Positions 1-10,569 of a DNA stretch of 52,898 nucleotides are shown in pieces. The stretch comes from an uncultured Eubacteriales bacterium (GTDB taxonomy: Bacteria; Bacillota_I; Bacilli_A; RF39; UBA660). Location: the NCBI GenBank assembly GCA_900319955.1, contig ONQM01000015.1, forward strand, positions 1-52,898. Direction: 5' to 3'. Position 1 is the first letter of the stretch. Every line of letters begins with the position of its first letter. A program made the translations under genes and the position numbers. Under the pieces are notes generated by a model. The model made no database searches and had not been told where the DNA came from. It was given only the letters and a program-made list of their open reading frames with translations.

Positions 1-165
1 TATCATTACGGTATCACCTGGTAATATGCGAATGTAATGCATTCGTATTTTACCAGAAACGTGGGCTTCCACAATGTGTCCATTTGATAATTCAACTTTA
101 AATTTACCACCTGGAATGATTTCTAGAACTTTGCCTTCAACTTCAATCACATCTTCTTTAGCCAT
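1..165 (-). CDS. infA: translation initiation factor IF-1 (3' end cut by window edge)
   Basis: My reverse-strand translation from the ATG at 165-163 reads [55 protein letters not shown].. It sits in the canonical position after map. It is absent from the ORF track because it is truncated. Confidence 0.9.
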   Translation of the reverse strand, partial: MAKEDVIEVEGKVLEIIPGGKFKVELSNGHIVEAHVSGKIRMHYIRILPGDTVMI

Positions 166-920
166 TATTTTTTTAACTCTCCTGTCAATATTTCATATCC
201 ATCTTTTGTTACAACGACTGTGTGTTCATAATGAGCAGAGTGACTATGATCTTCAGTAACTATAGTCCAACCATTGTCCTCCTCATAAATATCTGGACTT
301 CCAAGTGTAAGCATAGGCTCTACTGCAATTACCATACCTTCCCTAAGCTTAGGTCCAGTATGAGCATCACCATAATTAGGAACATCAGGATCTTCATGAA
401 CATCTGTTCCAACTCCATGCCCACATAACTCTTTAACAACACCTAAATGATGAGCATCTGCATATTCTCCAATCGCATGACCGATATCACCAATTCTATT
501 ACCTGGTTTAACCTCATTAAGTCCTATGAATAATGCTTCTTCTGTTTCCTTCATAAGTCTTTCATCTTCTGGACTTATTTTACCTACCTTATAAGTCCAA
601 GCAGAATCTCCATGGTAACCCTTCCAGCATGCACCAATATCAAGTGTTACTATGTCACCATCTTTTAATTTCCTATCACTTGGGAAACCATGTACTACTT
701 CATCATTTATACTAATACAAAGTGCTGCAGGAAATCCTTCATAACCTTTGAAAGAAGGTGTGCATCCTTGAGATCTTATAAAAGCTTCAGCTTTCTCATT
801 TATTTCATTAGTTGTAATTCCCTCTTTTACAAATGGTTTAATATACTGATGTGTTTTCCACACAACATTACCTGCAATTCTAAGTAGCTCTATTTCTCTT
901 TCACTTTTTATTGTTATCAC
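165..920 (-). CDS. map: type I methionine aminopeptidase
   Basis: 251-aa ORF with the MetAP fold signature (..[10 protein letters not shown].., ..CGHGVG.., ..IAVEPM..). It shows conserved adk-map-infA synteny. Confidence 0.95.
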   Translation of the reverse strand: MITIKSEREIELLRIAGNVVWKTHQYIKPFVKEGITTNEINEKAEAFIRSQGCTPSFKGYEGFPAALCISINDEVVHGFPSDRKLKDGDIVTLDIGACWKGYHGDSAWTYKVGKISPEDERLMKETEEALFIGLNEVKPGNRIGDIGHAIGEYADAHHLGVVKELCGHGVGTDVHEDPDVPNYGDAHTGPKLREGMVIAVEPMLTLGSPDIYEEDNGWTIVTEDHSHSAHYEHTVVVTKDGYEILTGELKK

Positions 921-1584
921 TTATATCACTATCCTTACTTATTATATCATCTATAGCTTTAAATGAATCTTCTAATTTATGATTTCCATCAACGTGAGTT
1001 ACAACACCTTGTTTTTCATAATACTCAATTATAGGTGCAGTCTTTATAAGATACATCTTATATCTTTCTTCAAAAGACTTAATATTATCATCACTTCTCT
1101 GGAATAAATGACCTCCACAGTAATCACAAGTCGATTCTTGTTTAGGTCTTTCTAGAGGATTATTTAAATTATAAACTCTTCCACAATCTTCACATGTTCT
1201 TCTGCCAATTATTCTTTTTTCAAGAATTTCTTTATCAACATCAAGTACAAATACATGTGATAATTTAACATTTTTCTTGTTTAGGATTTCATCAAATTTA
1301 AGAGCTTGTTCATAATTTCTTGGAAAACCATCAATTATGAAACCATTCTTACAATCCATTTCTCCTATACGTTTTTCTATTAGTTTATAAGTAATATCAT
1401 CTTTAACAAGCTTACCAGATGCAAGTGTTTCATGCACGTAAGCTCCTATCTCACTATCTTCTTTTGATATTTCTCTTAAAATATCGCCAGTTGATATATG
1501 AGGAAGATTATACTTCTTAGATAGGAGTTTAGCATGTGATCCTTTACCTGCTGCTGGTGCAGCGATAAACATTATAATTTCCAT
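901..1584 (-). CDS. adk: adenylate kinase (zinc-lid type, unusual P-loop)
   Basis: 227 aa with P-loop AAPAAGKGS and a Cys4 lid (CEDCGRVYN..CDYCGG). It lies between secY and map. Confidence 0.9.
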   Translation of the reverse strand: MEIIMFIAAPAAGKGSHAKLLSKKYNLPHISTGDILREISKEDSEIGAYVHETLASGKLVKDDITYKLIEKRIGEMDCKNGFIIDGFPRNYEQALKFDEILNKKNVKLSHVFVLDVDKEILEKRIIGRRTCEDCGRVYNLNNPLERPKQESTCDYCGGHLFQRSDDNIKSFEERYKMYLIKTAPIIEYYEKQGVVTHVDGNHKLEDSFKAIDDIISKDSDISDNNKK

Positions 1585-2852
1585 TATCTTCTTCTGTAGC
1601 TCCTACGATATTGTCTAGTAAGTAAGCTTCCTTCTAGTTGTTTATAAGTTTCTAGTGCAACTCCAACAACAATTAATAATCCTGTACCACCAATTGATAC
1701 ACTAGTTGGAAGAGATGAAACACTAGAGAATATTATTGGAATACCTGCAAGTACTGATAAGAAGAATGCACCAATTACAGTTATTCTTGAAAGTATCTTG
1801 CTTAGGTAATTTTCTGTGTCTTTACCCGGTCTAATACCTGGTATATATCCACCATTTTCTTGTAAATTCTTTGCAAATTCATCAGGTCTCATTTGTATAA
1901 ATGTATAGAAATATGAGAACAAGAATATTAATACTATATATATAATAAATCCTGTTACAGATGAATAATTCAAATACTTTTGTACAAATAGTGTTAATCC
2001 TTCTTTATTTGCAACTGCTGCAATTATACTTGGAATACTCATAACACTTGATGCAAAAATTACTGGTATAACATTTGCACTATTAACTTTAATAGGCATA
2101 TATGAAGTGTTCTTATCATAACTAGATGCTGACTTATTAGCATACTGAATAGGTAATCTTCTTTCAGATTCTTCAATAAAGACAACTCCTATTAAAATTG
2201 CTAAATAAAGAATAACAAATAGTATAAACTTAACAACTCCAAATGTTATAGCTTGTGCAGTAGATCCTGTTACTAAACTTGTAAATGCTGTAATAAACAT
2301 TTCAGGAAGTGTTGCAATAATACCAGCCATAATTATAAGACTAATACCATTACCAATTCCTTTTTCAGTAATCTGATCACCAAGCCATAATAAGAATGCT
2401 GTACCTGCAGTTAAAATTGTTGCAATGTATAAGTATTCAATTGGATTACCATTTTTTCCATAAAATGCAAATGCAAATGCATAACCTTCAATAAATGCGA
2501 AGGCAATACCCATATAACGAGTAATTCTGTTTAGCTTCTGTCTTCCAGTATACCCTTGCTTAGCAAGTTCTGAGAAATATGGAACAATATCCATTTCTAG
2601 AAGCTGCATTATTATGGATGCTGTTATGTATGGCATAACACCTAAAGCAAATATTGAGAAGTTCTTAAATGCTCCACCACCCATAGAGTTTAAAAGCTCT
2701 AAGAACCCTAAGTTACTATTTACATTATTTGTTCCAGGAACCCTTATGGAACATCCTACAATAAATATTGCTAGACAAACAAGTGTGAAATAAATTCTAT
2801 GTCTAATATCTTTATTAGCAGGTGTAAATAATTGCTTCATGGTTTTATTCAT
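1584..2852 (-). CDS. secY: preprotein translocase subunit SecY
   Basis: 422-aa polytopic membrane ORF immediately after rplO. Confidence 0.95.
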   Translation of the reverse strand: MNKTMKQLFTPANKDIRHRIYFTLVCLAIFIVGCSIRVPGTNNVNSNLGFLELLNSMGGGAFKNFSIFALGVMPYITASIIMQLLEMDIVPYFSELAKQGYTGRQKLNRITRYMGIAFAFIEGYAFAFAFYGKNGNPIEYLYIATILTAGTAFLLWLGDQITEKGIGNGISLIIMAGIIATLPEMFITAFTSLVTGSTAQAITFGVVKFILFVILYLAILIGVVFIEESERRLPIQYANKSASSYDKNTSYMPIKVNSANVIPVIFASSVMSIPSIIAAVANKEGLTLFVQKYLNYSSVTGFIIYIVLIFLFSYFYTFIQMRPDEFAKNLQENGGYIPGIRPGKDTENYLSKILSRITVIGAFFLSVLAGIPIIFSSVSSLPTSVSIGGTGLLIVVGVALETYKQLEGSLLTRQYRRSYRRR

Positions 2853-2853
2853 A

Positions 2854-3297
2854 CTAGATCACCTCAGCTTTACTACCTGACTTTTCAATCTTTTCTAGTG
2901 CAGACTTAGAAAATTTATTAGCCTGTACTGTTAACTTCTTTTCTAAATTTCCGTTTCCTAATACTTTAATACCAGATAACTCTTTCTTAACAAGTCCAGA
3001 TTCCTTTAAAAGTGCTGGTGTTACAACTGTACCATCTTTAAATCTATTTAAATCTTCAACGTTAACTGTTGCATAAACAGTCTTAAACATTGCATTTTTA
3101 AATCCTCTTTTAGGAATGCGGCGATAAAGTGGTAATTGTCCACCTTCAAATACTGGATTAACATGTCCGCCACTTCTAGACTTTTGACCTTTTTCACCAC
3201 GACCACAAGTCTTTCCAAGACCTGATCCAGGTCCACGTCCTACACGTTTCTTAGAATGAGTTGCTCCGATATTTTTTTCTAATTCATTTAACTTCAT
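2854..3297 (-). CDS. rplO: 50S ribosomal protein L15
   Basis: 147 aa; N-terminus [27 protein letters not shown] is typical of L15. Confidence 0.95.
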   Translation of the reverse strand: MKLNELEKNIGATHSKKRVGRGPGSGLGKTCGRGEKGQKSRSGGHVNPVFEGGQLPLYRRIPKRGFKNAMFKTVYATVNVEDLNRFKDGTVVTPALLKESGLVKKELSGIKVLGNGNLEKKLTVQANKFSKSALEKIEKSGSKAEVI

Positions 3298-3755
3298 TAT
3301 CCTAATATCTCCTCTACTGATTTTCCACGAAGACGTGCAACTTCTTCTGGTGTTTTAATTGATTCAAGAGCTTTCATTGCAGCCTTTGCCATATTAAGTT
3401 TAGTTCTTGCTCCTAAAGACTTAGATACAACATCACGAACTCCAGCTAGTTCTAGTATTGCACGAACAGATCCACCAGCGACAACTCCAGTTCCGGCAGG
3501 TGCTGGCTTAATCATAACTCTTGCAGCTCCACTAACAGCTTTTGCTTCATGAGCAATTGTACGACCATCTATTAGAGTAATTTTAATTAAATTCTTATTG
3601 GCAGCTTGGATAGCTTTCTTGATAGCGTCAGGTACTTCTGATGCTTTACCAATACCTAAACCAACTTTTCCATTTCTATCTCCAACAACAACAGTTGCTT
3701 CAAATCTTCTTTGACGTCCACCTTTGTTAACTTTAACAACACCTTTAACATCAAT
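3297..3755 (-). CDS. rpsE: 30S ribosomal protein S5, 5' end unresolved (no canonical start codon)
   Basis: The frame of track ORF 3297-3515 stays open up to 3776. It reads ..[98 protein letters not shown].., which is full S5. There is no ATG, GTG or TTG between the in-frame TGA (3779-3777) and Met at 3515. Position 3755 is an ATT codon used only as a nominal boundary. Confidence 0.75.
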   Translation of the reverse strand: MDVKGVVKVNKGGRQRRFEATVVVGDRNGKVGLGIGKASEVPDAIKKAIQAANKNLIKITLIDGRTIAHEAKAVSGAARVMIKPAPAGTGVVAGGSVRAILELAGVRDVVSKSLGARTKLNMAKAAMKALESIKTPEEVARLRGKSVEEILG

Positions 3756-3757
3756 TA

Positions 3758-4120
3758 CTAATACTTTAGTCCATTCTCACGTGCTGCATCTGCAAGTGCT
3801 GCAACACGACCATGATAAAGATATCCACCTCTATCAAATACTACTTCTGTTATTTTAGCTTTCTTAGCTTTTTCTGCTATAGACTTACCTACAGCTTTAG
3901 CTGCTTCAACATTACTACCATTCTTAAGTTTTAAATCCTTATCTAATGAGGAAGCAGATACTAAAGTAGTTTTAGTTTCATCATCAATTATTTGTGCATA
4001 AATTCCAGTATTTGATCTATAAACATCAAGTCTTGGTAAATCCTTAGTACCATTTACCTTCTCACGAATACGACTATGACGAGCAAGTCTCATACTGTTG
4101 CGTGATTCTTTCTTAATCAT
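3758..4120 (-). CDS. rplR: 50S ribosomal protein L18
   Basis: 120 aa ending ..[17 protein letters not shown]; spc-operon order. Confidence 0.95.
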   Translation of the reverse strand: MIKKESRNSMRLARHSRIREKVNGTKDLPRLDVYRSNTGIYAQIIDDETKTTLVSASSLDKDLKLKNGSNVEAAKAVGKSIAEKAKKAKITEVVFDRGGYLYHGRVAALADAARENGLKY

Positions 4121-4138
4121 AACTTTCTCTCCTTCCTA

Positions 4139-4672
4139 CTATTTAGCAGCTTTCTTTCCTTCTTTACGACGGATATGTTCATCTTTGTAACGAATTCCTT
4201 TACCTTTATAAGGCTCTGGAAGTCTTACTTTACGAACATTTGCAGCAAACTCACCTAACTTAATCTTATCAATACTTTTAATTGTAAGTTCAGTATTACT
4301 TGGTGCTTCTACTGTTATATCTTCAGGTACTTCTATTTCAACAGGATGTGAATAACCTGCATTAATAACAAGTTTCTTTCCTTGAACATTAAAACGATAT
4401 CCAACACCAACTATTTCTAGTCCTTTTTCATAACCTTTAGTAACTCCCTTAATCATATTAGTGATTAATGAATTCATTGTGCCATGATTTGGTTTATATA
4501 AATCGTTTTCACGTTCAATAGTTAATTTGCCATCAGCCTGTTTAATAATTAAACCTTTTAATAACTTTTCAGTTAATGTTCCTTTAGGTCCTGTAACTGT
4601 AACTATTCCATTATCTACTGTTACTGTTACACCCTCTGGAATTAGAATTACACGATTTCCAATACGGCTCAT
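4139..4672 (-). CDS. rplF: 50S ribosomal protein L6
   Basis: 177 aa starting MSRIGNRVILIPEGVTV..; operon order. Confidence 0.95.
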   Translation of the reverse strand: MSRIGNRVILIPEGVTVTVDNGIVTVTGPKGTLTEKLLKGLIIKQADGKLTIERENDLYKPNHGTMNSLITNMIKGVTKGYEKGLEIVGVGYRFNVQGKKLVINAGYSHPVEIEVPEDITVEAPSNTELTIKSIDKIKLGEFAANVRKVRLPEPYKGKGIRYKDEHIRRKEGKKAAK

Positions 4673-4697
4673 TTTGACACCTCCTTATATTTATTAA

Positions 4698-5087
4698 TTA
4701 CCAAATATAAGCTAGAACTTCTCCACCTATATTTTGCTTGCGAGCTTCTTTATCTGTCATAATTCCTTTTGACGTTGATAATATTGCTATTCCTAAACCA
4801 TTTAATACTTTAGGAATGTTATCATTCTTAGCATATACACGAAGTCCTGGTTTGGAAATTCTCTTTAATCCTGTAATAACTCTTTCTCTTCCTTCAGCAT
4901 ACTTAAGTGTTACTGTAAGAGTTCTTCCTTCTTCTTTATAATCTTTAATAAATCCTTCTTCTTTTAATATTCTTGCAATTTCTCTTTTGATGTTTGAAGC
5001 AGGAATTTCAACAGTTTCATAACGCATCTGATTAGCATTACGAATACGTGTTAACATATCTGCAATTGTATCTGTTACTACTGCCAT
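4698..5087 (-). CDS. rpsH: 30S ribosomal protein S8
   Basis: 129 aa starting ..[14 protein letters not shown]..; operon order. Confidence 0.95.
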   Translation of the reverse strand: MAVVTDTIADMLTRIRNANQMRYETVEIPASNIKREIARILKEEGFIKDYKEEGRTLTVTLKYAEGRERVITGLKRISKPGLRVYAKNDNIPKVLNGLGIAILSTSKGIMTDKEARKQNIGGEVLAYIW

Positions 5088-5108
5088 CTTATATTCCTCC
5101 TTTCCAAA

Positions 5109-5294
5109 TTACCAGCTAGATTTCTTTACACCTGGTATTTGACCTTTATAAGCTAATTCACGAAAACATATACGACATATTCCAAATTTACTCATTACTG
5201 CATGTGGTCTTCCACAACGAGAGCAACGAGTATACTCACGAACTTTGTATTTAGGTTTTCTTTGTGATTTAACAATCATACTTTTTTTTGCCAT
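5109..5294 (-). CDS. rpsN: 30S ribosomal protein S14 type Z (zinc-binding)
   Basis: 61 aa with the CxxC..CxxC pattern ([17 protein letters not shown]). Confidence 0.95.
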   Translation of the reverse strand: MAKKSMIVKSQRKPKYKVREYTRCSRCGRPHAVMSKFGICRICFRELAYKGQIPGVKKSSW

Positions 5295-5308
5295 GTTTCA
5301 CCCTCCAA

Positions 5309-5848
5309 TTACTTTCTAAATGGAATTCCTAATTCTTTTAATAAATCATATGCTTCTTCATTTGTCTTTGCTGTTGTTACAAAAACAATGTCCATACCAC
5401 GTACTTTAACAACTTCATCGAACTTAATTTCTGGGAATATTAATTGTTCTTTTAAACCAAGAGTATAATTACCTCTTCCATCAAAAGCCTTTTCTGATAC
5501 ACCACGGAAATCTCTTACAAGAGGAAGTGAAATACTTGTTAACTTATCCATAAAGTTATACATATTTTCTCCTCTTAATGTAACTTTGCATCCGATTGCT
5601 TGTCCTTCTCTTACTTTGAAACCTGCAATTGACTTTTTAGCTTTAGTAATAATTGGCTTTTGACCTGTTATTAATGCTAAATCATGTGTTGCAGCTTCCA
5701 TAAACTTAGAGTTAGTAGTTGCATCTCCAACTCCCATATTAACAACAATTTTTTCAAGTTTAGGTACTTGCATAATTGACTTATAATTATATTTCTTTTG
5801 TAAATTTGGAACTACTTCATTTAAATATTTTTCTTTTAGGCGGTTCAT
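5309..5848 (-). CDS. rplE: 50S ribosomal protein L5
   Basis: 179 aa starting [16 protein letters not shown]..; operon order. Confidence 0.95.
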   Translation of the reverse strand: MNRLKEKYLNEVVPNLQKKYNYKSIMQVPKLEKIVVNMGVGDATTNSKFMEAATHDLALITGQKPIITKAKKSIAGFKVREGQAIGCKVTLRGENMYNFMDKLTSISLPLVRDFRGVSEKAFDGRGNYTLGLKEQLIFPEIKFDEVVKVRGMDIVFVTTAKTNEEAYDLLKELGIPFRK

Positions 5849-5870
5849 ATTTTACCCTCCTTCCAATTAA

Positions 5871-6104
5871 TCAAGCTTCCTTAGTCTTAGGATCAATAAT
5901 CATAACATTTGATGCATCAATTGGTGCCTCAACATCAATTATTCCACCGCTAGTCTGTCCATTACCTTTAACATGTTTATGAACAATATTAGCACCTTCA
6001 ATAATTACTTTATTTTCATTTCTTAATGTCTTAATTATCTTTCCAGTTTTTCCTTTATTAGAACCAGCGATAACTATGGCTTCATCTCCAACTTTAAAGT
6101 TCAT
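5871..6104 (-). CDS. rplX: 50S ribosomal protein L24 (short, about 77 aa)
   Basis: The KOW region reads MNFKVGDEAIVIAGSNKGKTGKI.. The start is taken at the internal ATG (6104) preceded by AGGAGGA, because the track start at 6137 overlaps rplN. The ORF ends at TGA right after ..DPKTKEA. Confidence 0.85.
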   Translation of the reverse strand: MNFKVGDEAIVIAGSNKGKTGKIIKTLRNENKVIIEGANIVHKHVKGNGQTSGGIIDVEAPIDASNVMIIDPKTKEA

Positions 6105-6117
6105 ATTTATCCTCCTT

Positions 6118-6486
6118 CTATAGTACTTCTTTAGCAAGGGAAACTATTTTCATATATCCTTTGTCACGAAGTTCTCTGGCTACTGGTCCAAAAATACGAG
6201 TTCCTACTGGACTCTTGTCATCTCTTATGATGACACATGCATTATCATCAAATTTAATGTAACTTCCATCTTCACGACGAATACCTTTTTTAGATCTAAT
6301 GATAATTGCTTTTACAACTTTTCCTGCTGGCATGTTTGAGTTAGGAATTGCAGTTTTAACTGTACCTACTACTACATCACCAATATTTCCAGTCTTAACC
6401 TTACTTCCTCCAAGTACACGAATTACTAATAATTCACGAGCTCCAGAGTTGTCAGCGACTTTCAATCTACTTTCTTGTTGTAACAT
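6118..6486 (-). CDS. rplN: 50S ribosomal protein L14
   Basis: 122 aa starting [18 protein letters not shown].. Confidence 0.95.
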   Translation of the reverse strand: MLQQESRLKVADNSGARELLVIRVLGGSKVKTGNIGDVVVGTVKTAIPNSNMPAGKVVKAIIIRSKKGIRREDGSYIKFDDNACVIIRDDKSPVGTRIFGPVARELRDKGYMKIVSLAKEVL

Positions 6487-6510
6487 ATTTTTTCCTCCTT
6501 CACCTAGTTA

Positions 6511-6771
6511 TTATAAAATAACTGCTTCTTTTACTATTTCTTTTAAATAGAAATGCTTTGTTTTTGAAATTGGTTTTGTTGCAACAATCTTTACAACGTC
6601 TCCAACTTTAGCTTTATTTGTTTCATCATGTACTGCGTACTTTTTAGATGTTTTAACTCTTTTATGATATAAAGAATGAGTCTTGTATGATTCAACTAAA
6701 ACTGTAATAGTTTTATTGTTTCCAGCACTTACAACAGTACCAGTTAATTCCTTTTGTAATTTCTTTTCCAT
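6511..6771 (-). CDS. rpsQ: 30S ribosomal protein S17
   Basis: 86 aa; operon order. Confidence 0.93.
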   Translation of the reverse strand: MEKKLQKELTGTVVSAGNNKTITVLVESYKTHSLYHKRVKTSKKYAVHDETNKAKVGDVVKIVATKPISKTKHFYLKEIVKEAVIL

Positions 6772-6772
6772 A

Positions 6773-6976
6773 TTACTTTGCCTCCTTCTTTACTTCACGT
6801 TCTTTTAAGACTGTCTTCATTCTAGCAATGGTATGTCTTAATTCTCTTAATCTTGAAGGTTTTTCAATGCTTCCTGTTGCAGCCTGCATACGTAAGTTAA
6901 AGAGTTCTTCTTTAGTTTCTTTTAATTTATTATTTATTTCATCATTATTTAGTTCTCTTATTTCTGAAACCTTCAT
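6773..6976 (-). CDS. rpmC: 50S ribosomal protein L29
   Basis: [31 protein letters not shown].. The start is taken at the ATG at 6976, just after the rplP stop. The track ORF start at 6991 would overlap rplP. Confidence 0.9.
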   Translation of the reverse strand: MKVSEIRELNNDEINNKLKETKEELFNLRMQAATGSIEKPSRLRELRHTIARMKTVLKEREVKKEAK

Positions 6977-6977
6977 A

Positions 6978-7397
6978 TTACTCACCACCATTTTCTTTCT
7001 TTACGAATTTTGTCTTAATAGGTAGTTTTGCACTAGCAAGACGTAATGCTTCTCTTGCAGTTGCTTCATCAACATCTGCTATTTCAAACATTATCTTACC
7101 TTTCTTAACTACTGCTACCCATTCTTCAACGTTTCCTTTACCTTTACCTTGACGAGTACCAATTGGCTTCTTAGTTAAAGGCATATGTGGGAAAATGTTC
7201 TTCCAAACTTTTCCACCACGTTTCATATAACGAGTCATAGCTACACGAGCAGCTTCAATTTGATTTGATGTGATCCAAGCACCTTCCATAGCCATTAGAC
7301 CATAATCACCGAAGCTTAACTTTGTGTTTCCTCTAGCACGTCCTTCATGAGGTAATCTATGTACACGACGATATTTTGTTCTTGATGGTATTAACAT
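6978..7397 (-). CDS. rplP: 50S ribosomal protein L16
   Basis: 139 aa starting [14 protein letters not shown].. Confidence 0.95.
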   Translation of the reverse strand: MLIPSRTKYRRVHRLPHEGRARGNTKLSFGDYGLMAMEGAWITSNQIEAARVAMTRYMKRGGKVWKNIFPHMPLTKKPIGTRQGKGKGNVEEWVAVVKKGKIMFEIADVDEATAREALRLASAKLPIKTKFVKKENGGE

Positions 7398-7399
7398 AA

Positions 7400-8107
7400 T
7401 TACTTACCTCCTTCAGCTTTCTTAGAATCTCTTTTGCTATTATTCTTAGTTTCTTCTTTAGCTTTTTCAGTATTTCTTCCTTTAAGAATTTCACCTTTGT
7501 AAATCCATACTTTAACACCAATCTTACCAAATGTTGTATTTGCCTCAGCAAAACCATAATCAACATCTGCTCTTAATGTATGAAGTGGAATTGTACCTTC
7601 AGTGTATCCTTCGGAACGAGCCATATCAGCTCCGCCAAGTCTACCAGAAACTTTAGTCTTAATACCTTTAGCTCCAGCTTTCATGGCATTTCTTATTGCA
7701 CGTTTTTGAGCCATACGGAATGATGCTCTATTTGATATTTGATTTGCTATTGAATCAGCAACAAGTTGTGCATTAACATCAGCTTTCTTAATATCAACTA
7801 TAGATATTTGTACATTCTCGCCAGTTAAACTTGCAAGCGTCTTCTTTAATTTTTCAATTTCTTCTCCACCTTTGCCAATCATGACACCAGGTTTAGAAGT
7901 ATGGATAACAACTTCACATCTTTTATTATTTCTTTCAATTTCTACTTTAGATATTCCATCTTGTCCTGCTATTTTATCAAAATATTCACGTATCTTAATA
8001 TCTTTTAATAGACTTTTAGAGAAATCAGATTTGTTAGCATACCATTTAGCTTCCCAATCTTTATTTATGCCAAGTCTTAGTCCATTAGGATTAACTTTTT
8101 GTCCCAT
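7400..8107 (-). CDS. rpsC: 30S ribosomal protein S3
   Basis: 235 aa starting [13 protein letters not shown].., with KH and S3-C domains. Confidence 0.95.
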   Translation of the reverse strand: MGQKVNPNGLRLGINKDWEAKWYANKSDFSKSLLKDIKIREYFDKIAGQDGISKVEIERNNKRCEVVIHTSKPGVMIGKGGEEIEKLKKTLASLTGENVQISIVDIKKADVNAQLVADSIANQISNRASFRMAQKRAIRNAMKAGAKGIKTKVSGRLGGADMARSEGYTEGTIPLHTLRADVDYGFAEANTTFGKIGVKVWIYKGEILKGRNTEKAKEETKNNSKRDSKKAEGGK

Positions 8108-8124
8108 AGCATTTTCCTCCTTAC

Positions 8125-8457
8125 TTATTTTGTAGCCACTGTTATAACGATGTGACTAGTTCTTCTATCTCTATGACCAATATGAGAACGTGAATCAAAG
8201 AAATGACGTTTCATAACAGGTCCAGCATCTACTCTTGCTTCTTTAACATATAGTGTATTTCTATCAGCACCATTATTGTTAACAGCATTACTAGTTGCAG
8301 AGATTAATACTTTTTTAATTATTCTTGATGACTTTCTATTAACATTATCTAATATGGTTAATGCTTCATCAACATTCTTACCACGAATTAAATCAATAGT
8401 ATTTCTAGTTCTAATTGGTGATATACGAACGTTTTTAGCTACCGCTTTTGCTTCCAT
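8125..8457 (-). CDS. rplV: 50S ribosomal protein L22
   Basis: 110 aa; operon order. Confidence 0.93.
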   Translation of the reverse strand: MEAKAVAKNVRISPIRTRNTIDLIRGKNVDEALTILDNVNRKSSRIIKKVLISATSNAVNNNGADRNTLYVKEARVDAGPVMKRHFFDSRSHIGHRDRRTSHIVITVATK

Positions 8458-8483
8458 ATTTTTACCTCCTAGTCAATTATTTT

Positions 8484-8753
8484 TTATTTATCTTTGTCTT
8501 GTCCATGTCCGCCGAATTTACGAGTTAATGCAAATTCTCCTAACTTATGTCCAACCATATCTTCAGTTACGTAAACAGGGATGAATTCTTTTCCGTTGTG
8601 AACTGCAAATGTATGTCCTATAAAATCAGGATATATTGTTGAACGACGTGACCAAGTTTTTATGACTTCTTTTTTTCCAGATTCATTCATTTTTTGAACC
8701 TTAGTAAGTAATCTATCGAAAACGTAAGGTCCTTTCTTTAAACTTCTAGCCAT
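8484..8753 (-). CDS. rpsS: 30S ribosomal protein S19
   Basis: [11 protein letters not shown].. The start is taken at the ATG at 8753 with an AAAGGA Shine-Dalgarno. The track start is a GTG two codons upstream. Confidence 0.93.
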   Translation of the reverse strand: MARSLKKGPYVFDRLLTKVQKMNESGKKEVIKTWSRRSTIYPDFIGHTFAVHNGKEFIPVYVTEDMVGHKLGEFALTRKFGGHGQDKDK

Positions 8754-8769
8754 TTTCACTCATCCTTTC

Positions 8770-9600
8770 CTATTTACCATTACGACGACGTACTATTAAT
8801 TTATCTGAATGTTTCTTAGTACGAGTCTTTTTACCAATTGCAGGTTTGCCCCATGGTGTCATTGGTGCTTTACGTCCAACTGGAGCACGTCCTTCACCAC
8901 CACCATGTGGATGGTCGTTAGGGTTCATAACAGAACCACGAACTGTAGGTCTAATACCCATATGACGTTTGCGACCAGCTTTACCAATCTTAACTAGTGA
9001 TGAATCTTCATTACCAATTATTCCGATTGTAGCCATACATTCACCAAGTACTTTTCTTTGTTCACCACTTGATAATCTAATCATTACATATTTATCTTCT
9101 CTTCCAAGTATTTGAGCAGAAGCACCAGCAGATCTTGCAAGTTCTCCACCTTTTCCTGGACGAAGTTCTACGTTATGAATAAATGTACCAACTGGAATGT
9201 TCTTTAGTTTTAAAGCATTACCAGTTTTTATATCAGTTGCTTCACCAGCAACTACTGTATCTCCAACATGTAATCCTTGTGGTGCTAAAATATATCTTTT
9301 TTCACCATCTTTATATGTTATTAATGCAATATTTGCTGTTCTATTTGGATCATATTCGATTCCTGTAACAGTTCCTGGCACATCGAACTTATTTCTCTTA
9401 AAATCTATTAAACGATATTTTCTTTTTGCTCCGCCGCCTTGATGACGAACAGTAATTTTACCAGTATTATTTCTTCCAGACTTCTTATTTAAAGTAACTA
9501 CTAAACTTTTCTCAGGTGTCTTCTTAGTTATTTCTTCATTTACTAGCTTACTCATTTTTCTTTGAGCTGGTGTTACGGGTCTAAAATTTCTAATTGCCAT
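8770..9600 (-). CDS. rplB: 50S ribosomal protein L2
   Basis: 276 aa containing ..[13 protein letters not shown].. Confidence 0.95.
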   Translation of the reverse strand: MAIRNFRPVTPAQRKMSKLVNEEITKKTPEKSLVVTLNKKSGRNNTGKITVRHQGGGAKRKYRLIDFKRNKFDVPGTVTGIEYDPNRTANIALITYKDGEKRYILAPQGLHVGDTVVAGEATDIKTGNALKLKNIPVGTFIHNVELRPGKGGELARSAGASAQILGREDKYVMIRLSSGEQRKVLGECMATIGIIGNEDSSLVKIGKAGRKRHMGIRPTVRGSVMNPNDHPHGGGEGRAPVGRKAPMTPWGKPAIGKKTRTKKHSDKLIVRRRNGK

Positions 9601-9614
9601 AATTTTTCTCCTTT

Positions 9615-9896
9615 CTAACCAATATCAATTGATTCGCCTTCAGCAAGTGTTACAATTGCTTTCTTTGAACGATTAGTTAAACCAGTATAACGGCCAACTC
9701 TCTTCTTTTTAGGTTTCTCATTTAATGTTGAAATAGAAACTACTTTTACATTAAATATTTTTTCAATTGCATGTTTAATTTCAGTTTTATTAGCTTTAGG
9801 GTCAACTCTAAAAGTATATTTTCCCTTAGCTTGCTCATTTGAAGATTTTTCAGTAATAACTGGTGCTTTAATTATATCTAAATATTTAGTATCCAT
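9615..9896 (-). CDS. rplW: 50S ribosomal protein L23
   Basis: 93 aa; operon order. Confidence 0.93.
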   Translation of the reverse strand: MDTKYLDIIKAPVITEKSSNEQAKGKYTFRVDPKANKTEIKHAIEKIFNVKVVSISTLNEKPKKKRVGRYTGLTNRSKKAIVTLAEGESIDIG

Positions 9897-10529
9897 TATT
9901 TAAGCACCTCCTCAACTTTTTCTAAAGCTTTCTCTTCGATAAGTACTTTAGATGCAGCAACTAAATCTAGTACATTAACTTCCTCAGCAGTAATTAATAC
10001 TACATTTTGAAGATTTCTTGAAGCTAGAATTAAGTTCTCATCTAAGTTTTCAACAACCATTAATACTTTTTCATTTTCAAGCTTTAATCCTTTTAATATT
10101 TCTAAGAAGTCTTTAGTTTTATTACTCTTAACTTCTATTTTATCAACTACAATTAAACTTCCTTCATTAGCTTTTTCAGTTAAAGCTGTTTTTAAAGCTA
10201 AACGACGTTCTTTACGATTTTGTTTCTTACTGTAGTCTCTAGGTACTGGAGTTCCATAATTTCCTCCACCAACCCATTGAACAGCTCTTATAGATCCTTG
10301 ATCCTTGGCGAGCATGTCCTGTTCCTTTTTGTCTCCATGGTTTTCTTCCGCCACCAGAAACTTCAGAACGATTTTTAGTTTTATGTGTACCTTGTCTTAA
10401 AGAAGCTCTAGCAAGAATTATTGCGTCATATAAAACTTTATCATTAGGTTCTATATCAAATACTTCCTCTTCAAGTTTAAGGTCTTTTACTTTTTCACCT
10501 TTAAGGTTTAAAAGATTTACTTTTTTCAT
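9896..10529 (-). pseudogene. rplD: 50S ribosomal protein L4, frameshifted by a 7-nt tandem duplication
   Basis: Two overlapping track ORFs in different frames. ORF 10239-10529 carries the N-terminus up to ..[21 protein letters not shown] 9896-10354 carries ..[22 protein letters not shown].. to the C-terminus. The coding strand reads CGC CAAGGAT CAAGGAT CTATAAGAGC. Deleting one CAAGGAT copy (plus-strand atccttg x2 at 10294-10307) restores [10 protein letters not shown]. Confidence 0.9.
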
Positions 10530-10569
10530 CCTAATTTCCTCCTTTCATCACAGATTTACTTAGTGATGA

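Noticed and set aside
3297-6137. Alternative genetic code (TGA read as Trp, Mollicutes code 4) as an explanation for the missing rpsE start and the short rplX
   Set aside because: Reading through the TGA at 3779-3777 meets a TAG 17 codons further up with no start codon. Reading through the rplX TGA gives non-L24 sequence running into rplE. Many well-conserved genes here (the RT, rplX, small coupled ORFs with ATGA junctions) terminate sensibly at TGA. The standard code applies.
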